From: Phaeosaccion multiseriatum
Taxonomy: Eukaryota > Protista > Ochrophyta, other classes
DNA length: 64,000 bases
Assembly: GCA_965112735.1 (NCBI GenBank)
Contig: OZ218956.1
Coordinates: forward strand, 310,001 to 374,000
Direction: 5' to 3'
Shown here in pieces: positions 11,218 to 24,349 of the stretch (its first letter is position 1; each line of letters starts with the position of its first letter). The notes beneath the pieces were generated by a model. The model saw nothing but the letters and a program-made list of their open reading frames with translations, did not search any database and was not told the origin of the DNA. Made by a program: the position numbers and the translations under genes.

Positions 11218-14164
11218 GTCAAAAGGGGTGGTGGGGAGTGCGGTGCACGCAGTCGCTCCAAAGACGAGCAATCGAGGAGGCTTTAGGAGCAATCGACAAG
11301 AAGGCTGCACTACGTATGATACGTATGACCAACGACTGTGACAGGGCCTTGTGCCCCATCAAAAAGTACCCCCACCCCCTCACCTGAAGTTGTCCATGTA
11401 TCTGTTGAGCGCGACGGGGTCAATGTCCTTTGAGAAGAACAACGCTCGAGCAAGCCACGGCCACTTCACCGCAAGCTTGGCCACGAAGCCCAGTACGATG
11501 AGCACCGCTGCAAGAGGCTGAAAGGTCGCACGGGAAAGGCAGGGAAGGAGGGAGGGAGGGAGGAAGGGAGTGGAGGGAGGGAGGGGAGGGAGGGAGGGGA
11601 GGGAGGGAGGGAGGGAGGGAGGGGAGGGAGGGAGGGAGGGAGGGAGGGAGGGAGGGAGGGAGGGAGGGAGGGAGGGAGGGAGGGAGGCAGGGGGGAAGCA
11701 AGGGCGTTCGATGAGAGGAAGCTCAAGCAGTGCGAGAGGGGGGTAGGGGGTCGGGGAGAGGGTAGAGCCCGTACGGACACAGATGAGAAGAAGAGAAGAA
11801 TGGCTTCGCCGCGTTGTACGTGCTGTACGTGACCTTCCCACGTCTGGCGCTGTCAACGACATTTTCACTTCCAGTGCCACTTACTACTGATCGTCCCACC
11901 CCCTCCTGACCCTGGCGCTGACGCGGACCCTGACCCGGACCCGGACCCTATCCTTGACCCTGACCTCTTACCCTGACCCTGACCCTGACCATGACCATGA
12001 CCCTGACCCCGGGCCCGAGCCTGACCCCTGACCTTCTCTTTGATGAACCTCGAGGTCATCTTTCCATTCCCGCTGGAGGGCACGGAGCACAGAAAGGCCC
12101 CCCCTGCCAGCGGAGGAGGAGGGGCCGACCCCGGCAGGTCCTCTTGTTCCGCGCCTTGTGTCACGCCCATCTGAGACATTCCCATCTTAGTGAGGACGTC
12201 ATCTGCCATAGAGGCCCTCGCTGGGGAAGAGACCAAAGACAGAAGGGGAGCATCACGACGAAACAGAGTATCCAGGTAGGGCAGGCCGGCAGGGTGGCAG
12301 GCCGGCAGGGTGGCAGGCAGGTTGGTAGGCAGGCAGGCAAGTGGATGGAAGAAATACAAAAAAACAGACCAGCACAACCAGCACGGAACAAGCCCAAGCC
12401 CAAGCAAGCTACAGACAACAGCCAGACACCAGCCAGACAACAGCCAGACAACAGTCAGACAACAGCCAGACAAGAGCCAGACAACAGCGAGACACCAGCC
12501 AGACAACAGCCAGACAACAGCCAGGCAACAGCCAGACAACAGCAAGACAACAGTCAGACAACAGCCAGACAACAGCCAGACAACAGCAAGACAACAGCCA
12601 GGCAACAGCCAGACAACAGCAAGACAACAGTCAGACAACAGCCAGACAACAGTCAGACAACAGCCAGACAACTGCCAGACAACAGCCAGACAACAGCCAG
12701 ACAACAGCCAGACAACAGCCAGACAACAGCCAGACAACAGCCAGGCAACAGCCAGACAACAGCCAGATAACAGCCAGACAACAGCCAGACAACAGCCAGA
12801 CAACAGCCAGATAGCAGCCAGATAGCAGCCAGACAACAGCCAGACAACAGCCAGACAACAGCCAGACAACAGCCAGACAACAGCCAGACAACAGCCAGAT
12901 AACAGCCAGACAACAGCCAGACAACAGCCAGATAAAAGCCAGATAGCAGCCAGACAACAGCCAGACAACAGCCAGACAACAGCCAGACAACAGCCAGACA
13001 ACAGCCACAACTCACCTTGTGCGTCGGCGCTCTCCTCGAAGAGCTTCATGAGCAAAAGGCCGCCGAAGGAGTGTCCGATGACCACAGGGGCACGCCCCTT
13101 GAGTTTGAGCTGTACGAAGGCCTTCACGTCGGACATGTGCTGCTCCACCTGCACGGCACAGGGCACATTATAAATCCCACATCCCACATCCCACATGGTC
13201 ATGTCGAGGCATGACAGACACGTGAGAGAGACGCGTGAGAGACTGAGACTGCATCACCTCCGTCTTTCCCTGTGACCCCTGTGACGCACCAGGCCTCAGT
13301 GTTACCCCTCCGCTTCCCTCTTATCGCCTCCTCTCCTCCTCCCTCGCCCCTCTTGCCTCTCTGCTCTGCCTTGTGACCCCACGCCTCATGAGTACGTACC
13401 ACTCCCCTGCCCCCCTCTCTTCTTGCGTAACTGTCGCCGCGACCATCGTCGCGCTGCGTACCTTGAGGCTGATGGGTCTATCCTCGGGCTCTTCCCCAGG
13501 CACAGGAGTGCCGCTCGTGCCCCTGAGGCTGATGGCGTACGTGTCATAGCCCCGCGAGGCCATGAAGGGCATCCAATGCTCGGCCCAGCACCACGCCGCA
13601 TGGTACGATCCGTGCAGAAAGAGCAGGGGGGGTAGGGGCTTGCTGCGGCGCTGGCTGCGGCTGGAGGGGAACTGAGAGAGTGTCTCCATGGCGAGGCCGG
13701 TGGCGAGAGGCGTGGTTTCGTACTTGAGAGGGCCGACATTGATGCCCATTGCGCTGAGTGAAGGCAGAGGTGGGGCATGTGAGTGAGCGGCCCTATGAGA
13801 GGTTCGTGTGTTGTGACTTAGGCCCACTTACTCGTCTTGCCCTTCTGACCGCGTGGCCTCGTCCCCGGACGAGGAGGCAACGCTACTCATACGCAGGCCA
13901 CTCCTGCCACTGCTACTGCACGGTGGACCTGCCGAAGCTGGAGGTCGTCGCGGAAGTGCCGGGCCACACTGTTGAAACGTAAAGAAAAACAGTTGAAGGA
14001 GCAGGGGAGAGACAAGAGAGAGAAAAACACTTGAAAGAGCAGGGTGGGGGCCCTCTCCTTCTTGTGTGTGCACGTACCACCTGCTGGACGAAGGCCCTGC
14101 ATGGAGTATGCAGGCTGACGAAACAGCAAAACCAAAGCCCCGCGAGGGCGAGGAGTTCCCTCAT
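10534..14164 (-). CDS. Alpha/beta hydrolase (esterase/lipase fold), probably plastid-targeted
   Basis: Leader MRELLALAGLWFCCFVSLHTPCRAFVQQ; LLFLHGSYHAAWCWAEHW; nucleophile elbow GHSFGG; GGELDYIVD (Asp) and PHDLML (His) complete a catalytic triad. Confidence 0.88.
12410..13008. repeat. Intronic 11-bp minisatellite (AGCCAGACAAC)n, about 50 copies
   Basis: Directly visible tandem array inside the hydrolase intron; it produces the spurious CCLAVVWLLSG and TARQQPDNSQT ORFs. Confidence 0.95.
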
Positions 14165-14300
14165 CGCTCTCCTGCCTCTTTATTAGCTCTTCAATCTTTC
14201 CCTCTCTCACCTCTGGGAATCTGGATAACAACATGCCAACGAAGTCAAAGTCACAGGTTGTCGCTTTCGAACCTGCAATTGCAACGCCTTGCCATAAGTG

Positions 14301-15940
<1,640 letters not shown>

Positions 15941-16686
15941 GGAGTGAAGGCATTGAAGGACAACTAAAGGAGCACTAAAGGAGCACTGAAGGAGCACTGA
16001 AGGAGCACTGAAGGACTGAGGGAAAGAAACGGGGGGCTGAGCTGAGCTGAGCTTGTCATATCACGGCGCCGATGCCCGGAGAGCACAGCGCATCTCAGAG
16101 GGGTGGGAGGGTGGGAGGGCGGGCGGGCGGTCAAGAGCTCACAAGAGAGATTGCTCCCTCCTCCGCCCTTCGCGCACACTCGTTCTCTATCCAAGCGAGC
16201 AATCGGGTGCCATTGGGTGTGGCCCCCGGTGCTGGCTTTTTGGTTTGATGTTGCTCGCTGGTGGATTGAGAGCTCTCTCGGACGCCACTCTCCGCCCTCT
16301 TCGGAGGGTTAGGCAGCCATAGGGAGTGTGTGGAACGAGGTCCATTGGAAGAAGTCTGTCTTCGAGCAGAGAGCAGAAGCGGCCATACCAGAGAGAGAGA
16401 GACAGAGTGACGGAAGACCGTCCGTCGAGCGAGCTAATCACATAGGGATGCTAAAGAGGCAGGAGCCGCAGCAAGCAGTAGCAGCAGGCACGGCGGCTGG
16501 TTTGCTCTCGCACATGATGCCGAGCCCCCCTGGATGTCTGGAACCATACAGCCAAGGTCAGGATCAGGGTCAGGGTCACGCGACCTGAGATGCTGTATGG
16601 CTGGGGGACGTGCTCCTGGTCAGCAGCACGTGGCTGTAGACGGGGAAGTGGGACTTTACGAACGCTTTGCGAACCGTGTCAAAGCG

Positions 16687-16838
16687 GAGATGACCTGGCA
16701 GGATGGCACCCTACGCCTCAGTCTGCCCTTGGGAGATGACCTGGGGCCCTGGCAGGATGGCACCCTACGCCTCAGTCTGCCCTTTGGAGATGACCTGGGG
16801 ACCTGGCAGGACAGCACCCTATGCCTTAGTCTGCCCTT
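16687..16838. repeat. About 54-bp tandem repeat x3 (GGAGATGACCTGG...CAGGATGGCACCCTACGCCTCAGTCTGCCCTT)
   Basis: Three near-identical copies between two convergent gene ends. Confidence 0.8.
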
Positions 16839-17575
16839 CATACTGGACCCTTCGCGTGGCAAGGCCAAGCCTTTAGCCGTGGTGGGGCCGCCCCTCCTTG
16901 CCGGGACCAACCCGTTAACGGAGCACGCACAGGGACGGACGTACTTGTATTTGCAGTGCCGTGTACAGTTATTAGGAGCACACAGCGATGCACTTGAAGT
17001 GCCATCTCCATTGATTCGAGCGGTTTCGCGTGTAGTCACGAGGCGTATGCTGATATTGGAGTAATAGCGATGGACAAGGAGGTGTTGGCTTTGCCACGCT
17101 TCCTTCTTTCCTTCTTTCAAAAAGAGTGCTACAGTAAGACAAAGCGACGCCTTGACATGGCTGCGATGGCGTCTCAGCCCAGCCGTGAGCCTCAGCTGTC
17201 CCTCTGTACGCCACTCTCCATGGCATCGTGTTAGTGGGAGAGGAACAGCCCAAGGAAGGCATCGTGTTTGTGGGAGAGGAAAAGCCCAAGGAAGGCCAAG
17301 CGCTGTCCCCCGCTAGTGCCATCGGACAGGATGGACAGGATGGGGTTTTCGCTCCTTCTCCCCACTCCCGAGCGGCGCTGCTGCTGCTGCTGCTGCTGTG
17401 ACTACTGCCGTGACTGGTGCTGCGACTGTCACTGCTAGGTGCTGTTGTTACACTAGCTGCTCCTGGTGCTGCTGGTGCTGGTGCTGCTGCTGATGCTTCT
17501 ACTGCTGGCTGATACTGCTACTACTGCTGCTGCTGGCGGCTGCTGCTACTGCTACTGATGCTACTGTCGTTGCTG

Positions 17576-19374
17576 TCAATGCGTGGCAGGGATTGATTCG
17601 AGGATCTTGTGTGCGCACAGCCTGCTGCCAATCAGCACCAGCGGCACGCCGTTACCCGGCCTGGTGGAGGCCCCGATGGAGAACAGGTTGGGTACCTTAG
17701 GGTGCCCAAAGCCGGGCCGGAAGATGCTCAGCTGATTCAGGCCGTGAGAAAGCCCGAACACCGCACCCCTGGGGAATCGCAAGGAGGAGGAGGAGGAGGA
17801 GGAGGAGAAAGAGAGATGGAAGCTGCTTTGAGACGAGGCGTTTCTGGGCCACTCACTCCCTTCACAGATCCTCACAGACCCTTCACGGACCAGTCTTCAC
17901 AAGTCACTCAATAAGGGCGGCCCACTGTCTCTCAGACCCTTTTTAGGCAAGCATAGATGGCACTCCATGGCACTAAAGGGTGGGGCACGCATAGATGGCA
18001 CTTGAGGGTGCAATGGACGACAACCAGCGCACCTCTCCAGGTTGTAGCGCTCTCTCCATTCCGTGGGGGAGTACACTTCCTCTTGCAGAATGCTCTCTCG
18101 GAAGGACGCCATTCCTGCGTCCGCTTCGAACCTGCTCAGCACCTGGGTTTGTTTGGTCCCCATGGGTCCCCAGGCATTGCAAAAGAGAGTACCGGCACAG
18201 GTACACGTCGAGCGGAGCGAGGGTGGGTGCAAGGGTGCAGGAGAGTAAGAGGGTAAGAAGGGAAGAGGGTACAGTAAGAGGGTAAGAGGGTAAGAAGGGA
18301 AGAGGGTTAGAGGGTAAGAGGGTAAGAGGGTAAGAGGGTAAGCGTGTAAGAGGGTAAGAGGGTAAGAGGGTAAGAGGGTAAGAGGGTAAGAAGGTTAGAG
18401 GGTAAGAGGGTAAGAGGGGAAGAGGGTAAGAGGGTAAGAGGGTAAGAGGGTAAGAGGGTAAGAGGGTAAGAGGGTAAGAGGGTAAGAGGGTAAGAGGTAA
18501 GAGGGTAAGAGGGGAAGAGGGTAAGAGGGTAAGAGGGTAAGAGGGTAAGGGGGTAAGAGGGTAAGAGGGTAAGAGGTAAGAGGGTAAGAGGGTAAGAGGG
18601 TAAGAGGGGAAGAGGGTAAGAGGGTAAGAGGGTAAGAGGGGAAGAGGGTACAGTAAGAAGGGAAGAGGGTAAGAGGGTAAGAGGGTAAGAGGGTAAGAGG
18701 GTAAGAGGGTAAGAGGGTAAGAGGGGAAGAGGGTAAGAGGGTAAGAGGGTAAGAGGGTAAGAGGGTAAGAGGGTAAGAGGGTAAGAGGGGAAGAGGGTAA
18801 GAGGGTAAGAGGGTAAGAGGGTAAGAGGGTAAGAGGGTAAGAGGTAAGAGGGTAAGAGGGTAAGAGGGTAAGAGGGTAAGAGGGTTAGAGGGTAAGAGGT
18901 AAGAGGGTAAGAGGGTAAGAGGATAAGAGGGTAAGAGGGTAAGAGGGTAAGAGGGTAAGAGGGTTAGAGGGTAAGAGGGTAAGAGGTAATAGGTTAAGAG
19001 GGTAAAGGTCAGAGCAGAGGTGGAGGTGGTGCGTGAGGTGGTGCGTGAGGTGGTGTGTGCGACGGTGTGCGTGGACCAGACCAGTAAGAAGTGCTTTGAA
19101 TGAAGGTCAGTCAGTCAGTCATCAACCAGTCAGTCAGTCAGTCAGTCAGTCAGTCAGTCAGTCAGTCAGTCAGTCAGTCAGTCAGTCAGGCGATCAGTCA
19201 TTCAGTCAGTCAGTCATTCAGTCAAGTAGTCAGTCAGTCAGGTAGTCAGTCAGTCAAGCCCTGTCTGCCTCGGCACGATGGGGCCGTTCGTTCATTGAAA
19301 CACCACGTGAGTAGCGTTCGCTCACCTCCTCCCTCACCCACTCCACCCAGCCTCTCTCTCTCCCTCTCTCTCCC

Positions 19375-19423
<49 letters not shown>

Positions 19424-20145
19424 CTCTCCCTCTCTCTCTCTCTCTCCGCTCTCCCTCGCGCGGTCCAGCCTCCTCCCCCTCCCCTCTCTCTCTTTCGCTC
19501 ACCTCCTCCCTCGCCCGCTCTACCCAGTCCCTCACTGTGGCATCCTCCTGCTCCCTCTCGGCGGCGGAGGCATGGGCAGCCCTTAGGGGGGGGCAGGGGA
19601 CCAGAACCATCACGCTGTCGCCATCTGGGGGTGCCGCCGTCGGATCTGTCCGGGCGGGGCAGCTGAGGAGGGGTGGGGTAGAGAGAAAGGGTGGCAGCAG
19701 AAAGAAGGACGGATGACCAATGGGTTTAGTTCAATTCTTCATCTTCCTCAGATCCCCCCCTTAAGATGAAGAAGGGGCCAAACAATCAATCCAGAATAGT
19801 TATCTTCAGCTCAGTCCAACGACCACCGAGGAGTGTATACAGTGCGCATGATTCTTTGATGACAAAAGGTTCCCTGAGCCACGAAATACCCGAAACAAAG
19901 GCTCACACAGAGGCGGCAAGCGGCACGAAATACCCTAAACCCTCCTTCCATACGTTACACACAGAGAGAGATACATAGATTCACACACACACAGCACCTC
20001 CCCCCCCCCCCCCCACACACACACATACACACACACACAGACACACACACACAGAAAAAGAGAGAGAGATACACACACAGAGACACACACACAGAAAAAG
20101 AGAGAGAGAGATACACACACAGAGACACACACACCCACAGACACA

Positions 20146-20187
<42 letters not shown>

Positions 20188-23100
20188 CACTCACGCGACG
20201 TAAAAGTTGACGCTTTCCCCGCCCCACTGAACAGGGCCCTCATTGTCGTCCTGAGCCTTGTTGCTCCGGGGAAAGGCTCCCTCCCAGGACTCAGCGAAGT
20301 TGGTGGAGAGGAAGATGGAGTGGTGCTCCAGCTGAGGAGCCAACAGATGGCAGCGGATGGCAGCGGATGGCAGCAGTTGAGAGGGACGGAGACAGGGAGG
20401 AAGAGGCACAAGAGAGGAAGCACAAGCCACACCATGGCTGAGGAGTGGGCGGGCTGCAGCGTTAAATGAAAAGCAGGAAACTCGCCACCCACCGACTCAC
20501 TCACTCACTCACTCACTCCCTCACTCACTCACTCACCTGTGGCCACTTTCGGTCCGTCGCCCAATAGAAGGCAATGACGCCGGTCGAAAAGTCTGCCTGA
20601 AGGATGGAGAGTAGAGGGGCGGGTAGGTGTGAGAGTACGTACGTAAGGGCACGTAAGGCTACTTAATGGTAGTTTCTGTATGCGTGAGGAGGTCAGGCGA
20701 GGCAGAGGCGGAGAAGCAGCACAAGCCCATCTCTAATCGGAAACCCCTGGCAACGGAAGGCAGTATGAACGGGGCCGGCAGACGCACCTTGTCAAAGTCC
20801 CTTCCCTTGCCCTCGGGGAGGAGTTCCCTCTCCATGTAGGGCAAGTCGGCGTTGCTCAGCACCACATCTGCTGTCAGTACCTGCCCGCTCGCCAGCTTCA
20901 CCCCCTGGGAACACGCACGCACGCACCCACACACACAAGCATGCCCACACAAGCACACGTACACACGCGGCAGAGGGCTGTGGTGTTAGATCTATAGGTG
21001 TTTAACTAGGGTTGTGCCCCTCAACCCCCTCAAACAGGTGTATCAAGTGGTGGTACGGCAGGTACTCACAGCTGCCTTGGCCTGCTGTCCTCCCTCCTGC
21101 TGCTCCATCACCACCCCTGCGACTGGGGCATCGAAGGAGAACTCAACTCCGAGCTTTACGCAGATGCTGAGGGGGGAGGAGCGATCGAGAAGGGCACGAG
21201 AAAGACGAAGAAGCGAATAGTGAGCAGATCGTAGGGAGTGAATAGCGAAGAGCGGAGAGCAGAGCAGAGAGGACGGAGCAAGCAGGTGACAAGCAGCGTG
21301 AAGGGAAGGGAGCAGATGCTGCATCACTCCCTCTCCGCGAGTCTTACGTACGTCTGGAGGCCGCGCATGACGCCATGGAAACCCCCTGGGGATGTGTCGG
21401 TGTGTTGCATGGGTCAGGGGCAGGGGCAGAGGAGAGCGAAGGAAGTGAGGGAGGGAGGGAGGGAGGGAGGGTGGGTGGGAGGGAGGGAGGGAAAGAGGGA
21501 GTACTCTTCGCTTCCCGTGCAATCACATGCATCATTTCCGAGTCGAGTAGGACGCTGACCGCCACCGCCGCTGCTGCCGCTGGCCCTCCTCACGACGCTC
21601 TCTCCCTCCGCCCCCTCCTCCACGCACGCAATTACCTTCAGGATAGAAGATGCCCTCGTTGAGCTCTATGGCCTGGAGGAGTCCGAACACGGCAGGCGCT
21701 TCATAGGGGGTGAGGCCTACGTAGAGGTCTTGGAAGCTCAGCAGCGCCTGTGCGCACGTGACGGGCAGGCGCGTGCAGAGAGAGAGAGAGAGAGGGGGGG
21801 GGGGGGCGCAAGTGAGGAGGCCGCTGTGCGAATCTCCCCGCTCGGAGAAAGGGGGCATGGCATCACAGATGGCTCCACAGTTTCATCGTCCAAAACACAC
21901 CGCCGGTTAGAGCCCCTTTCTCCTCCGTCTCACGACCTCTCCACATGTGGGACGCAAAGGAAGAGACTGGTGACTTTTGCTCCACCGCCCACCGCCGAAC
22001 GACGGAGCGGAGTCATTACATTGTACACACTACACTCCCACCCACTCCTACTTACGCACTTGCAGCTTTGGACAGAATCCCCTGGCCTGCAACTGCTTGT
22101 GGTGGCTCTGCAGGGGGCTGCGAGTCAGCGCGGCGAGGGCGAACTCAGGCATGCGTTTGAGCTCAAGCCTGCGTGTTGGTGATACAGCAGAGCAGCCAAG
22201 TTGGTGATACAGCAGAGCATGCAAGTTGGTGATAAAGCAGAGCAGCCAAGTTGGTGATACAGCAGAGCAGGCAAGTTGGTGATACAGCAGAGCAGGCAGG
22301 CAAGTGGGTGATACAGCAGAGCAGCCAAGTTGGTGATACAGCAGAGCAGGCAAGCACCGAGAGGGTCAGGAGCTTAGGCAAGGTCGGGAGGAAGGTAAGC
22401 AAAGGTGAGGCAGACAAGCCAGGAGGGTCAGAGGACGCTTGATTGCGTGGCGGGCGAGGGTTCGAGCCTTCCTTCCTTCCTTCCTTCCTTCCTTCCAATC
22501 CCCCCTTGGCTACGACAGCTTCCTACCTTTCCTCGATGAAGTTGGGCAGGCCCACATCGAGTTGAAGCTGGCAGTAGTCCAAGTAGTCCTTGTACAGCGC
22601 GTAAGAGCCTGATGAAGTAAGCGGGTAGGTAGGGTAGGGCGATGGCAAGAGTTTGATGAAGTAAGCGGGTAGGCAGGGCAGAGCATTGAATCGGTGGCGA
22701 AGACGGCCATGCCCCATGCCATGTCGAAACCGAGGACAGGGAACACATGCTACTCCTATCATATATATACCCTATATACATATATATATATACCCTAGCT
22801 CCTGGTATGTATACAATATATACCCTAGCTCCTGGTATGTATACAATATATACCCTAGCTCCTGGATATGTATGTATGTACCCTAGCTCCTAGCTCTCCA
22901 GTGTCAGACGCGGGGGAGATCGGGGGGCTGAAGGCGCAATACAACCATATACACCCCGGGGTACAGCGGGTACAGCATACATCTCCGCTATACCAGATGG
23001 TCGCTGTCCCTCCCCGCGCCCATGCCCTGCGCCGACGATGGGCATCCTTTTACTGACTCGCCTTGTTGGATTTGCTCCAGCTGGGCCTCCATTTTGGCTT

Positions 23101-24057
23101 GGTCTTTGGTGAGAGTGATGGTCGTCCGATCGCTAAAGTACGCTGCTCTTCGAGTCGGAGGGGAGGAGGGGAGTTTGTAGCGCAGCGTGGTGTGTTTGGA
23201 GAGAGCGATCGGCGCAGAGTTAAGAGTGGAGCGGTGGATTGGGGAAGATGCTCAGCATACGCTCGGTCGGTGGGCGACCAGCACACACATACACAAACAC
23301 ACACACATACACACACGCACGCACACACACTTACACACGCACACGCACACGCGAACTCAAGATAGAGGAGTGTGTGTGTGTGCGCGTGTGTGTGTGTGTG
23401 ACGGCCTCTTCTCACCCTTGTAGGTCGGGGCCACCTCCTTGAGCTTAAAGAATGCATCCGGGTCCTCCCCGAGGTCGCGGAAAGTGTCCTTGTATACCTC
23501 GGGCAGCAGCATGAGGGTGGGCCCGGTATCGAACCTCCACTTGCCGCCCGGCCCGAGGAAGAGCTGTCCGAGAGGAGAGAGGGTGATGAGTATGACGAGT
23601 CCACGCTGCTACTGCTGCTTTTGTCATGCATGGCCCCGCCTTTAGAGAGGTGGGCTGTGCAACTGCGCATGACGAAAATCCCCTCGGTGAGCAAGCCCCT
23701 TGTAGAATATAGTAGAGTGATAAAGCTCCTCCAGGAGCAGTATCTACACACTCAACCACTTACCTCGTTCACTCGGCCTCCAACGCATTCCTTAGGATTC
23801 TTCTCAACGACATGCACCTTGCAGCCCGCCTTGGCAAGTCTTGCTGCCGTCGCCAAACCCCCTACTCCGGCCCCAACGACGAGAACCTTGGTAGCTGCAG
23901 CTGCAGACGAGGAGGAGGACGCGGTAGCTGACAGGGAGGGCGTCTTCAGTGGGAGAGACGGCCGCTGAAAGGCCGCTGAGCCTGCCGCTGGTCCAAGGAA
24001 GGCATAGCACCGGCAAAGGCAGAGGAAGATAGCAAGTAGCACGATGATTGAAGGCAT
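17576..24057 (-). CDS. crtI: Plastid-targeted CrtI-type phytoene desaturase-family flavoprotein, about 14-15 exons
   Basis: Signal peptide plus CYAFL; FAD-binding VLVVGAGVGGLATAARLAKAG..VHVVEKN..GGR; RFDTGPTLMLLP; SFQDLYVGLTPYEAPAVFGLL; GIFYPEGG; ADVVLSNADLP; C-terminal GAVFGLSHGLNQLSIFRP...GASTRPGNGVPLVLIGSRL. Confidence 0.88.
18244..19005 (+). repeat. Intronic G-rich 8-mer array (TAAGAGGG)n, about 760 bp
   Basis: Directly visible, with variants TTAGAGGG, GAAGAGGG and TAAGAGG. Confidence 0.95.
22175..22352 (+). repeat. Tandem array of about 7 x 25 bp (GTTGGTGATACAGCAGAGCAGCCAA) built on the dispersed motif
   Basis: Directly visible; lies next to a crtI splice acceptor on the minus strand. 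Confidence 0.9.
22785..22890. repeat. About 30-bp intronic tandem repeat (ATATATACCCTAGCTCCTGGTATGTATACA) x3
   Basis: Directly visible. Confidence 0.8.
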
Positions 24058-24349
24058 GCAGCCCCCCTATAAAAGAAGAAGAAGGGGCTGCGGGCTGCGG
24101 CGCCAATCAGCCAACTGTGAATCGGAGAATCAACTGTCCAGGAAAAAAAGGTAACGTCCTGATGATCCCTCCATCATATAGATCATCAGCAAGGAGGATG
24201 AGAAAGCCTCAAGCAGCAGCTGCGACGAAGCAGGGAAGAACAAGGCCTGAGCTGAAGTACTCAAGTGAAATACAGCGCTGCCGCAAGACGAGCCGTCGGC
24301 ACAGCTGATGGAAATGATGGCGGAATAGGAAATTCAGGGGCAGGGCACA

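Noticed and set aside
11865-13202. 445-aa Cys/Trp/Leu-rich ORF and overlapping Gln-rich ORFs
   Set aside because: They are read-through of an 11-bp intronic minisatellite between two real hydrolase exons.
22175-22352. CRISPR-like repeat array
   Set aside because: Units are head-to-tail with no unique spacers, there are no cas genes, and it lies in a eukaryotic intron.
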